Assembly (NCBI GenBank): GCA_036172245.1
Contig: JAYWIR010000062.1
Span: 372,001 to 436,000 of the forward strand
Source of the DNA: Raillietiella orientalis
Lineage: Eukaryota
Length of the DNA stretch: 64,000 nucleotides
Reading direction: 5' to 3'
Shown: positions 63,341 through 64,000 of the stretch, piece by piece
Layout: each line of letters opens with the position of its first letter
How positions within the stretch are numbered: the stretch's first letter is position 1
The notes under the pieces: generated by a model
Told to the model about the DNA's origin: nothing
The model's input: the letters and a program-made list of their open reading frames with translations, nothing else
Database searches by the model: none
Made by a program: the position numbers and the translations under genes

Positions 63341-64000
63341 CTGCAACACAGGAAAGGAGCAGAAGAGTTACGGGAACAGGACGGGAACGTGGACCTCTGC
63401 GAAAAGAAGGTCGTCTGAGGCACTTCGAGCCAATCCCCCACCCCCTCACCCTCGGAGCTCTCTGCCTCTCTCCTAAGGGTCCTCGGGAACGTCAACAGCG
63501 GCGTCGGGGGAACTCGGGAAAAGACCGATGCCTGACCTGCGAGCGCCGAGGAAGGGTCGCTCCTGCGTTATTCGGACAGATGCCTGCCGCCCCCTTCCTC
63601 CACGAGCCAGGGGCGGAGCGCACCGCCCTGGACCCCACTCTACCAATCCGGAAGGGTGTCCTCGATTGCATGCCAGCCCCAGGACAGCCGCCGATGGCTC
63701 CCTCCAGCGCGAGCAAAGTCCGGAAGAAACTTCCCGAAGCGCAGGATTGCCCCTGCCCCCATCCATCGGGCCAACTCGCTTCGCGCCGTCAGTGTCCCAG
63801 GAGGGGCACCGGTAGACCACGAGGCCTCGTAGACGCAAGGGAAGAACCCATCCCTCAGCCAGAGCCACACGCGGAGGGCCCCGCGCGGAACGCCTAAAGG
63901 GGGTCCCACCCTCTCCTAGTGAAGTTCTGCCCCCAGGGTGGTGCCCCATCCAGGGAAAGCTCGCCAGGTGCTCTTCCTCCAAGGCTCTTCCAGATCTTCC

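Overview
Eukaryotic (invertebrate, probably arthropod/chelicerate; taxon is inference) genomic DNA. Almost the whole window (about 5.9-63.3 kb, minus strand, 5' end outside the window) is one intron-rich T-type voltage-gated calcium channel gene (Cav3 / Ca-alpha1T). I reconstructed it by hand exon by exon from domain I S4-S5 to the C-terminus with consistent splice phases. Its selectivity filter reads E-E-D-D (SLEAW / TQEDW / SKDGW / TGDNW). It carries both mutually exclusive domain II turret exons: 12a (tri-Cys, 36629-36746, not shown by the ORF track) and 12b (penta-Cys, 32847-32997). A (UG)~26 tract and four UGCAUG motifs cluster around 12b. Downstream on the same strand begins an acid sphingomyelinase (SMPD1-like) gene with a signal-peptide exon and a saposin-B exon. 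Between the two genes is an unexplained ~465-nt element (1391-1856) that can fold into nested long-range helices with a pseudoknot; it is the best candidate here for something undescribed. Also present: two GC-AG introns, a 42-nt stop-containing micro-intron, a 33-bp minisatellite, a dispersed repeat/tRNA-type SINE and possible decayed LINE remnants. Most ORFs in the supplied track look like GC-rich or antisense noise.
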